This document shows, in pieces, positions 44,087 to 52,316 of a stretch of 64,000 bases of DNA. This DNA comes from Kiritimatiellia bacterium. Lineage in GTDB: Bacteria; Verrucomicrobiota; Kiritimatiellia; RFP12; UBA1067. Within the stretch, counting starts at the first letter, position 1; the number at the start of each line of letters is the position of its first letter. The translations under genes and the position numbers were made by a program. The notes below the pieces were generated by a model that searched no databases, was not told the origin of the DNA, and saw only the letters and a program-made list of their open reading frames with translations. The DNA is taken from NCBI GenBank assembly GCA_045617985.1, contig JAZLJP010000054.1, positions 3,330 through 67,329 of the forward strand, read 5' to 3'.

Positions 44087-44741
44087 ATGGCAGGGAAACT
44101 TCTCACCGTCATCGTGCCGGCCTACAACATGGAGGCGTATCTGCCCGCGTGCCTGGCGAGTCTCGAAGGGACCGCGCAGCAGATGGCGCAACTCGACGTG
44201 CTCGTCGTGAACGACGGTTCGCGCGACCGCACCTCGGAAATCGCCCACGCGTTTGCCGCACGCCACCCGCAAGGTGGTCTATGCGCCGTACATCGTCTAT
44301 CGGTATTTGAGCGGTCGGGCGGGGCAGACGATGGATCCCATACGCTATGCGCGGGCCTGGGGAATGCGCGGAGAGGTCGCCGCGAGCCTCGCGGTGAAGT
44401 TTGCGTCCACAGAGGATCGCGTGCCCGAACATTGGCGCGCCGCCCTGGAGCGTCGTGTGGCTCTGGATATCGCCGAAGTCTATCGCGGGGCGCTCTTCGA
44501 CGATCCCAAGGGCGCTTGGGCCTATGACCTCGCCTCTCTCGATGCCCGCCTCGCCTCCGAGGCGCCGCACCTCCATGCGGCCCTTGCCGCCGTTCCCTAT
44601 TCCAATCGCATCTCCTATCGTTTTATCCAGGCCTGGCGCATGCGTTCCCCTGTTTGGCCGCCGATGAAATCACTCTGCAAGGCCTATTCTAAACTCATTC
44701 ATCTTGTCCTTTTCGCTCGTAGAATTCTAAAGAAAAGATGA
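44087..44741 (+). pseudogene. decayed GT2 glycosyltransferase (frameshift plus loss of the DXD-containing core)
   Basis: Frame A (44087-~44272) encodes a canonical GT2 N-terminus LLTVIVPAYNMEAYLPACLASL...LDVLVVNDGSRDRTSEIAHAFAARHP, then reads as R/G-rich nonsense. A different frame from ~44268 encodes a GT2 C-terminal region (KVVYAPYIVYRYLSGRAGQTMD...). The two pieces sum to about 220 aa. I see no NGG...ARN...DSDD segment. Confidence 0.65.
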
Positions 44742-44762
44742 AGTGTGTTCACATTCGGAATT

Positions 44763-44771
44763 TGGTATAAT
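44763..44771 (+). promoter_or_regulatory. extended -10 promoter upstream of GH92
   Basis: TGGTATAAT, then the AAGGAG Shine-Dalgarno sequence and the ATG at 44795. Confidence 0.5.
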
Positions 44772-44794
44772 GTTCGTCCAAGGAGAAGAGAACG

Positions 44795-47410
44795 ATGAAT
44801 GCGAACACGAATGTGCGAATGGTGATGGCCGCATTGGTGGCGGGATGGTTGGGAACGACGGTGGCGGCGGAGTATCGTTACTATCGCCTGACCGTCGAGG
44901 CGACGGGCGGTGAGCCGTTGCAGATGTCCGAGCTTCGGCTTTTCAAAGGCGCGGCGGATGTGACGCGCCGTGCCGAGCGCGTCCTTTGGGACGAGAAGGG
45001 TTTCAATCCGGCGTTCCCCGGGTTCACGCCCGCGAAGGCCGTCGATGCGAACCTCTTCTCGAAATGGTATGACGACCGTCTCGTGGCGGACGATCCCGCC
45101 GTTCGCCGGCGCACCTGGTTCACGCTCGTCTATGCGCAGCCGTTCGAACTTTCCCGCTACGAATGGTTCACGGGATGGGATGCAACGCGCTATCCGAACC
45201 GCAATCCCACCGCGTGGCGCCTCGAAGGGTCGAACGACAACGCCACCTGGACGGCGCTCGACGTCGTGAAGGGCGCAAAGCCTCCGGCCGAAAACAAGGT
45301 ATGCGCCTATCGCCATCGGTTCGTGGGCGGCTCGGCGGCGGGGGCGATCGACGTTCTTGACATCGATCCCACGACGGGCACCGTGACCTATCCCGAAAGA
45401 GGCCAGCGGGCGGGCGGCCATGGCCATACGACGGTTCATGGTTTCGGAAAGACGTTCCCCGGCTCCACTACGCCCTTCGGCATGATCCAGCTCTCGCCCG
45501 ATACCCGCACGGGCGGCGATAACGGGCCGGGCTACTCCTACACGCACCAGACGATCGAAGGCTTCAGTTTCCTTCACATGTCCGGCATCGGCTGGTATGG
45601 AGACCTCGGCAACATCCAGGTGATGCCGGGGCGCTCGACGACGAGCCGCTATGCGCATGACGAGGAAGTGGCCACGGCCGGCTATTACCGTGTGCGGCTT
45701 TCGGATGCGAAGGTCGATACCGAGCTCACCTGTTCGCGCACAACGGGCATGATTCGCCTCACTTATGAAGAGGCCGGCGAAGGTTCGCTCAAGATCGACC
45801 TCGCGCGCCGTATCGGCGAACTGCGGCGGGCGAAGAAGTTCGGCTCGCAAGACTTCCGCATGACGGGCCCGGCCTCCTTCGAGGGCCGTATCGTCTGCGA
45901 CGAACGCGACGGCGGTTGGGGCCGCGGCGGCGGGCATGTCAACTACACGGTTTTCTTCCGCGGGATTCTCTCCAAGGCGCCGACGAAGGTGGGCGAAACG
46001 GGCGGCACTTCCAATCGCGTGGTGCGCATGGATTTCCCCGTGACGGCGGGCGAGCAGGTGCTCATGCACGTGGCCGTCGCTTATGACGACTACCCGCCTG
46101 CACCTGTCGGCTTTGACTTCGACGGGATGCACGCCGCGGCCGAAGGTGCATGGGCGAATGCGCTCGACGGCATCCGCGTAAGGGGCGGCACCGATCTCGA
46201 ACGCCGCATCTTTGCGACCTCTCTCTATCATGCCTTCATCGATCCGCGTGAAATCGGGCGCGGGAAGGTGGGCGGGCATGAATTCGTGCGGCGCACGATC
46301 TTCTCGGGGTGGGACTGCTATCACAGCGAGTATCCGATGCTCACGCTCCTGCGGCCCGACGTGACCTCCGACATGATCAACTCCATCATGGATACGATGG
46401 TGCAGGGCAAGCGCAAGTGGCTCTCGAACTTCGACGTCTTCGGCTGCTATTCCGACTGCATGATCGGCCACCCCGTCATGTCGTTGATGGCGGATGCCTG
46501 GGAGAAGGGCATCCACACGTTCGACGCCAACTTGGCGGTGGACCTCTGCCGCATCACGATGGACCTCAAGGGCAACGACCGCAAGACCGGCTACGACGTA
46601 AAGACGTATGCGCCCCTGTCGGCGACGTTGGAGAACTGCCACCACGACTGGTGCGTGGCCAAGTTGGCCGATATGATCGGCCGTAAGGACGTGGCCGCCG
46701 AATATTACGGCTACGCGAAAAGCTATACCAACAGCTGGAGCCATGAGGTGGGCTGGATGCGCGCGCACGTGCGTGGCAAGCCGGGCGTGTGGCGCGCGTG
46801 GCATGGACGCCAGCAACAGGATGCCGGCACGGCGGAGTCCAATCCCTGGCAGCAGGGTTGGTTCGTGCCGCACGATGTCGAGGGCCTGATGAAGCTCATG
46901 GGCGGCAAAAGGCGTTTCACCGAGGAGCTGCAGCTTTTCTTCGACCGTACGCCCGCCGATTTCGGCTGGTGTGACACCTACAACCACCCGAATGAGGTGT
47001 GCCATGCCCTGCCGTTCCTGTGGCCGCTCTCCGAAAAGCCGGAGATGGTGTCGTGGTGGACGCGCAAGATCCTCAAGGGCGCCTACGGGCTTGGCCCGTG
47101 GGGGTGCTGCGGCAACGACGACGAAGGCCAGATGGGAGCCTGGTATGTGCTTGCGGCAATCGGCCTTCATCCGCTGTGCCCGGGCGATGGCCGCTGGTAC
47201 TATTGCGCACCGCTCTTTACGGAGACGACGATCCGGCTCGACCCGAAGTACTTCAAGGGCGGCACCTTCACCATCCGTGCGCCCAAGGCCGATGCGAAGC
47301 ACTGGCGCATCGTCAAGGCGACGCTCAACGGCAAAGCGATCGACCGCCCGTATGTCACCTCGGCGGAAGTGAACGCCGGGGGCGTGCTCGAGCTCGACCT
47401 GGCTGAATGA
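44795..47410 (+). CDS. GH92 alpha-mannosidase with N-terminal F5/8 type C (discoidin) domain
   Basis: 871 aa, AAGGAG Shine-Dalgarno sequence. Discoidin-like YRYYRLTVEATGGEPLQMSELRLF...NPTAWRLEGSNDNATWTALD. GH92 motifs FSFLHMSGIGWYGDLGN, NHPNEVCHALPFLW, CGNDDEGQMGAWYV. Confidence 0.85.
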   Translation: MNANTNVRMVMAALVAGWLGTTVAAEYRYYRLTVEATGGEPLQMSELRLFKGAADVTRRAERVLWDEKGFNPAFPGFTPAKAVDANLFSKWYDDRLVADDPAVRRRTWFTLVYAQPFELSRYEWFTGWDATRYPNRNPTAWRLEGSNDNATWTALDVVKGAKPPAENKVCAYRHRFVGGSAAGAIDVLDIDPTTGTVTYPERGQRAGGHGHTTVHGFGKTFPGSTTPFGMIQLSPDTRTGGDNGPGYSYTHQTIEGFSFLHMSGIGWYGDLGNIQVMPGRSTTSRYAHDEEVATAGYYRVRLSDAKVDTELTCSRTTGMIRLTYEEAGEGSLKIDLARRIGELRRAKKFGSQDFRMTGPASFEGRIVCDERDGGWGRGGGHVNYTVFFRGILSKAPTKVGETGGTSNRVVRMDFPVTAGEQVLMHVAVAYDDYPPAPVGFDFDGMHAAAEGAWANALDGIRVRGGTDLERRIFATSLYHAFIDPREIGRGKVGGHEFVRRTIFSGWDCYHSEYPMLTLLRPDVTSDMINSIMDTMVQGKRKWLSNFDVFGCYSDCMIGHPVMSLMADAWEKGIHTFDANLAVDLCRITMDLKGNDRKTGYDVKTYAPLSATLENCHHDWCVAKLADMIGRKDVAAEYYGYAKSYTNSWSHEVGWMRAHVRGKPGVWRAWHGRQQQDAGTAESNPWQQGWFVPHDVEGLMKLMGGKRRFTEELQLFFDRTPADFGWCDTYNHPNEVCHALPFLWPLSEKPEMVSWWTRKILKGAYGLGPWGCCGNDDEGQMGAWYVLAAIGLHPLCPGDGRWYYCAPLFTETTIRLDPKYFKGGTFTIRAPKADAKHWRIVKATLNGKAIDRPYVTSAEVNAGGVLELDLAE

Positions 47411-47418
47411 TTTTCCGT

Positions 47419-47448
47419 TTGACGCGGTTCCTCGCGGTATGTTACAAT
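47419..47448 (+). promoter_or_regulatory. promoter of the giant modular protein operon
   Basis: TTGACG, N18, TGtTACAAT. Confidence 0.55.
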
Positions 47449-47494
47449 GGTTGCGTGTCGTGTGAGAGGAAGTTTCAATGAAAGGCGGAATTCC

Positions 47495-50400
47495 ATGTTG
47501 AACCTGTTTTTGAAAACTCGTTCTGACGTTCTGAAGCACATGAGGCGAATCGCGCTTCGTCCGTTTGGCGTCGTGCCGGGATTGGCGGTATTCGCTTTCT
47601 CTGCGGCATTCGGCGAGATGACCGTTTCGCAGAATGTCGTGCTGAGCGAAGACACCGATTGGCGCGAGCAGGGCTTGGTGACGATTCCGGCTGGGGTGAC
47701 GGTGGATTTGAATGGACATTCCCTTGCCGTTCGCGGGCTTTCGTGCGCGGGCGCGATCGTGAATCTGCGAGGCGAGTACCAGGAGCTTGCCTACATCGAA
47801 TCGTTCGGCAAGCAGTGGATCAGTACGGGATTTGTTTCGACCGATCAAACCGGCATTGATTTCGATTTTACCGTGACGGGGGATACCGGCAACCACGCCT
47901 ATTTTTGCGCTGACTGGGCCGCCGACGGGCATCTCTTTGTGATCAATGGCCAGAACCTCAACTTCTTTGCCGCCAACTTTACGGTTGGGAAGTATTCCGC
48001 GAATGCCCGTTATCGTCTGGTTACCGATCCGGGGGCAGAGAAAAACATCTGTCTCTACAATGGGGATACGGGGGCCCAGATTTCTGCCAATTCGATTTCG
48101 CTTGCCCATACGGGGAGCGGCGAGATGAGGATTTTCGCGGGGTCTGCGACAGGGGGGTGGGCGGCGTCCTATCGCCTCCACGCCTTCAAGATGACCGAAT
48201 CCGGCACGGTTGTGCGCGACTATGTGCCCATGCGCCGTCTCTCGGACGGCGTGGCCGGGCTTTACGACTTCGCAACGCAAACGTTCAAAGTCAGCGAGGG
48301 ATCTGAACCGTTTGCGGGTGGACCTGCGGCCTCGAAGAGGGCGCGGCTGTGCCTGGATGTTTCAGGTGGCGCCACCTATTCGCTGACGGGCACCTGCGCT
48401 GTTCATGCGGAGGTGATGGACGGAGGCATGCTGGCGGGCGACTGCGATCTCCGCTGCTTTGGAAAGGATCTTTCAATCAACGGGGCGATCAGTCTCAACG
48501 ATCATCGGCTTGACGTTCTCGCCCTCGCCGGCAAGGGGACGATCGGCAATGGCGGATATCGCGCGCTTTCCTACATCGAGTCGAACGGGTCGCAATGGTT
48601 CAATACGGGATTTGTCACGACCGATCAAACGGCCATCGACTTCGATTTCACCGTGACGGGCGACACGGGCAACAAGGCCTACTTCTGCGGCGATTGGGCG
48701 AACAACGGCCATCTTTTCGTGATCAATGGGGCCAATGTCAATTTCTTCGGCGGCAATGGAACCAAGGTTGCGACCTATTCGGCGAATACGCGCTATCATT
48801 TCATGACGGTACCGGGCGGGGCTTCTACCGTTTTGATGTACAACGGCACATCCGGGAGCTTGCTTGCGTCGAGCAGCGTGACGCTAACGCATACCGGAGG
48901 GGGCGAGATGACGCTCTTTGCGGTGGATTCGAGCGGTGTGAATCCGGCGTCCTATCGCTTGCACGCCTTCAAGTTGACGCACGCCGGCGCGGTGGTGCGC
49001 GACTACGTGCCGGCGCAGCGTCTTTCCGATGGCGCCGTGGGGCTCTACGATCAGGCGAACGGCACGTTCCGTACGAGCGACGGCAGAAGTGGATTCATCG
49101 CCGGTGCGCCCGAGCCCGTGTTCTACGGCGGCGATGGTGCCGCGGCCGAACTCCATGTGAACGTGCCGGCGGAACAGGCCGCCGAGATGAATGTGCGCCT
49201 CGTGGGGGATTTCAAGTTCGTGAAAGAGGGCCCGGGGGTGCTGAACATGCCGTCGGTTGCCGACTTTACCGGCGAGGTGGCGATTACGGACGGCATGTAC
49301 AATGGCGTTGCCGTCTCGACATTTGATTGGAACGATTTCCTGGTCCATCGGTGGAGTTTCAATGGAACGTATGAGGATTCCGTGGGCGCCCAGACGGCGA
49401 TGGCTTCAAACGCGAATGTCATTCTGGGCGAGTCGGCCGTGACGACGCCGGGAGGAACGGGGTATATCGAACTCGGGGCCGATGCGCTGCCGAACGACGG
49501 AACACCCGTCACGGTGGAAATCTGGGCGACCGAGAACAGCATCCAGCATTGGAGTTCGATCTTCTCGATCAACGACTACAGCGCGCAGACGAAGGATTTC
49601 TTCCTTATGTCCTGGACGATTGAGACCAATCCCGACAGCGATTCGATTCAGTTGAAGGCCAACAACACAGCGTATTTCGAGCTCAGGAATCAGTTCTGTC
49701 CGTATGAGCTCGGCCGCAAATACTTGCTGACGATCAAGATTCTGCCGAACGATGCGGGAGCGGGGGGCACGCGCTTCGTCCTTTCCAAATGGGATGCCGC
49801 AACCGGGGCCTTGCTGAAGACGACGACGGCCAATGCGGCGAACTGGTCGTTCTCGACATTCCCTCAAACGTCTCTGCGCTTGGGTTACGGTCAGGCGAAT
49901 CGTCATGCCCATGCGACCTTTGACGAAGTGCGGGTGTGGAAGATGGCGCTTGACGACGAGCAGTTGAGGGCGGATGCGCTTCACGGGCCGGACGCCGGGC
50001 CTTTTAACGTGCGGGCGGCGATCGGCGAGCGCGGGTTCTTCTCCGTCGCGGAGGCGCTGGCGGCCGCGACGACGGAGGACACGGTGACGCTCCACCCCCA
50101 TGCTCAGGCGAATCCGCTGGACTTCGGAACGACGACGGCGGGCTCGCTTGTGTTGACGGTGGGCGCGAAAATGACGTTCGATATCACGCAGGCTGCGGAT
50201 GCCGCCGCCCTCTCGGCTGCCGGCGGCATCGTTCTTCCCGAGGGTTGTGCGCTGAACGACCTCGTTGTCTTTTCCGATCCGCATTTTGTGCCGCAGCTTT
50301 CCGATGACGGAACGTCGATCCTCGCGGTCAATACCACCATCCCGTTCACGGCGCGTTGGATCGGCGAAGGCGATTGCTCGAATCTTTCCGATCCCCGGAA

Positions 50401-52267
50401 CTGGATCTGCCGCAATTCTCTCGGGAATGAAATCGCCCCGACGGTGCCGAGCAATCTCTATACGCGGGTGACGATTGAAGGACCGGCCGCCTCGTCGTTC
50501 AATTGCCGCCCGGGCCAGACGCCGATTTGGTTCTCGCTCGAGATCGGCGACTGCACGCTCACGGCCGATTGCGATTGGCGCGGTTGCGAGGTGAATGTGA
50601 ATGGGAGCGTCGACCTTGCCGGACACAAACTGTTCGTGCGCGATTTCAATGGCACGGGAACGGTCTGCAACCGTACGAACGCCGCTTTCAGGTTCTATCG
50701 CTTCAAGGTGGAGGCGACGGGAATAAACGGGTTTGCGACAACGGGGAGCGCGGTGGAAATCGGCGAAGTTAAACTTTTCAACGGCACGAACGACATCACG
50801 CGGTCTTTCACCCATGTCTATTATGACGCTTCGACCTTCAATTCCGAATTCGTTTCGGATTACAATCCCACGAAGGCGGTCGACGGCGACCTTGGCACCA
50901 AGTGGTATGACGACCGCGCCGACTCCACGAACAGCGACGACCTGCGCGACGCGGTGTGGTTCACTCTTGAATATGCCCAGCCGGTTCAGGTGACGGACTA
51001 CACCTGGTTCACGGGCAATGACGTGAAGAACTTCCCTGCGCGCAACCCGACGGCTTGGCGCCTGCAGGGGTCGAATGACAACACGACATGGACGGATCTC
51101 GACGTCGTTCGGAACGAGTCGTGTTCGACAGCGAATAAAACCGCTTTCTTTGTGCTGCACCGGCCGGCGATCGTGCCGGGTGTCGCACACGGCGAACTGC
51201 ATGTCGATGTGCCAGAAGGGCAAACCAGGGAAAACAAGACGGTGACGCTCTCGGGCTATCTGAAACTCGTCAAGGACGGCGCGGGCACGTTCGTTGGGGC
51301 TAAACCGTCGCAGAAATACGTTGGCGGCACGGAAATCGCCGCCGGCATCTTGACGCCGGGCCTTAATGCCGATGAACTCTTCGGCGCGAACGGAACGGAT
51401 TTCATCGTGGATGACGGCGCGCAGTATCGCATGGACATCTACGCGCCCTATCCCGTGCGGAACAATAATCTCATCATTGCCGGAAAGGGACCGGACGGTA
51501 AGGGAGCGATTCGGACGATGGTGACGAGCTATGAACTCAACAACGCCAGTTATGAATGGTTGCGGAGCCTCACGCTTACAGCCGATGCCGTGATCAATCA
51601 CGAGGACTATGCGTTTTCCCTGTATGCGCACAATTGTCAACCTCTGCCCCTCAATCTGAACGGGCACGAACTCACGTTCTATTCAGACAAGCCGGCCGCT
51701 CAACACCGTTGGCCGTATCTGCTTTCGATCGGCGCCGTCTCGCCGGGAACGGGCACATTGGTCATTGGCGACAATCTCCAATTTTTCCCGTATGAAAATC
51801 CCTGCGATTTTTCGTCGCTCACGCTCGTCATTACCGAGAAGGCCAGCTATACCACGGAATCGAACACCGCCGGGCAGCCGATTAGCGTCTCCAACCTCGT
51901 CTACCGCAGTGAGTCGTCCATGTCCCAGACCAAGCAGCTCACGACGGTTCTCGGCTGCTACACTCCGGCCACCACGAATTCTGCGCCGAAGGTCCAGCTC
52001 GGCGACGCGGCGCACCTTGCGCCGTCGATCGACCTTGCCGATTGGACGGAGCCGTTCGATGCGACGTTCGGCGGCGGGCTCACGTTCTTCGAGGGTGCCC
52101 GCGTGGTCGTGTTGACGGGAGCGCGCAAGCCCGCTCAAATGGAGAAGCTCATATCCTGGAGCGCGCTTCCGCCGGTGACGTTCTCGTGCCCGAATCTTCC
52201 GGGGCGGCTGAGAGCGCTTGACGACGGCCTCTATTATTGCAGCGGTTTGACGATCATCGTTCGTTGA
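47495..52267 (+). CDS. giant modular surface protein (2x unknown ~175-aa module, LamG, discoidin, autotransporter-associated beta-strand repeats)
   Basis: Open frame of about 1590 aa. The 47447 start lies inside the predicted -10 element, so the ATG at 47495 (or 47540, MRRIALRPFGVVPGLAVFAFSAAFG) is preferred. Domain strings: YIES.G.QW modules x2; VHRWSFNGTYEDSVG...FDEVRVWKMAL (LamG); FRFYRFKVEATG...NPTAWRLQGSNDNTTWTDLD (discoidin); KLVKDGAGTFVG...YVGGTEIAAGIL (PATR-like). Confidence 0.8.
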   Translation: MLNLFLKTRSDVLKHMRRIALRPFGVVPGLAVFAFSAAFGEMTVSQNVVLSEDTDWREQGLVTIPAGVTVDLNGHSLAVRGLSCAGAIVNLRGEYQELAYIESFGKQWISTGFVSTDQTGIDFDFTVTGDTGNHAYFCADWAADGHLFVINGQNLNFFAANFTVGKYSANARYRLVTDPGAEKNICLYNGDTGAQISANSISLAHTGSGEMRIFAGSATGGWAASYRLHAFKMTESGTVVRDYVPMRRLSDGVAGLYDFATQTFKVSEGSEPFAGGPAASKRARLCLDVSGGATYSLTGTCAVHAEVMDGGMLAGDCDLRCFGKDLSINGAISLNDHRLDVLALAGKGTIGNGGYRALSYIESNGSQWFNTGFVTTDQTAIDFDFTVTGDTGNKAYFCGDWANNGHLFVINGANVNFFGGNGTKVATYSANTRYHFMTVPGGASTVLMYNGTSGSLLASSSVTLTHTGGGEMTLFAVDSSGVNPASYRLHAFKLTHAGAVVRDYVPAQRLSDGAVGLYDQANGTFRTSDGRSGFIAGAPEPVFYGGDGAAAELHVNVPAEQAAEMNVRLVGDFKFVKEGPGVLNMPSVADFTGEVAITDGMYNGVAVSTFDWNDFLVHRWSFNGTYEDSVGAQTAMASNANVILGESAVTTPGGTGYIELGADALPNDGTPVTVEIWATENSIQHWSSIFSINDYSAQTKDFFLMSWTIETNPDSDSIQLKANNTAYFELRNQFCPYELGRKYLLTIKILPNDAGAGGTRFVLSKWDAATGALLKTTTANAANWSFSTFPQTSLRLGYGQANRHAHATFDEVRVWKMALDDEQLRADALHGPDAGPFNVRAAIGERGFFSVAEALAAATTEDTVTLHPHAQANPLDFGTTTAGSLVLTVGAKMTFDITQAADAAALSAAGGIVLPEGCALNDLVVFSDPHFVPQLSDDGTSILAVNTTIPFTARWIGEGDCSNLSDPRNWICRNSLGNEIAPTVPSNLYTRVTIEGPAASSFNCRPGQTPIWFSLEIGDCTLTADCDWRGCEVNVNGSVDLAGHKLFVRDFNGTGTVCNRTNAAFRFYRFKVEATGINGFATTGSAVEIGEVKLFNGTNDITRSFTHVYYDASTFNSEFVSDYNPTKAVDGDLGTKWYDDRADSTNSDDLRDAVWFTLEYAQPVQVTDYTWFTGNDVKNFPARNPTAWRLQGSNDNTTWTDLDVVRNESCSTANKTAFFVLHRPAIVPGVAHGELHVDVPEGQTRENKTVTLSGYLKLVKDGAGTFVGAKPSQKYVGGTEIAAGILTPGLNADELFGANGTDFIVDDGAQYRMDIYAPYPVRNNNLIIAGKGPDGKGAIRTMVTSYELNNASYEWLRSLTLTADAVINHEDYAFSLYAHNCQPLPLNLNGHELTFYSDKPAAQHRWPYLLSIGAVSPGTGTLVIGDNLQFFPYENPCDFSSLTLVITEKASYTTESNTAGQPISVSNLVYRSESSMSQTKQLTTVLGCYTPATTNSAPKVQLGDAAHLAPSIDLADWTEPFDATFGGGLTFFEGARVVVLTGARKPAQMEKLISWSALPPVTFSCPNLPGRLRALDDGLYYCSGLTIIVR
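47777..48300 (+). repeat. intragenic module A, copy 1 (YIES-G-QW ... VRDYVP..R.SDG..GLYD)
   Basis: Roughly 55-60% aa identity and by eye about 75-80% nt identity to 48557-49083. In-frame period of 780 nt. Confidence 0.85.
48557..49083 (+). repeat. intragenic module A, copy 2
   Basis: YRALSYIESNGSQWFNTGFVTTDQTAIDFDFTVTGDTGNKAYFCGDWANNGHLFVING... aligns colinearly with copy 1. Confidence 0.85.
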
Positions 52268-52316
52268 CACCCGTCAAGATTGTGGAAGAATGGAAAGAGG
52301 AAAACGAGTATTGACG

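Noticed and set aside
47447-47494. The track's start codon at 47447 for the giant protein.
   Set aside because: That ATG lies within the predicted -10 element (TGTTACAAT, 47440-47448), so it would not be on the transcript. The ATG at 47495 or 47540 precedes a plausible signal peptide.
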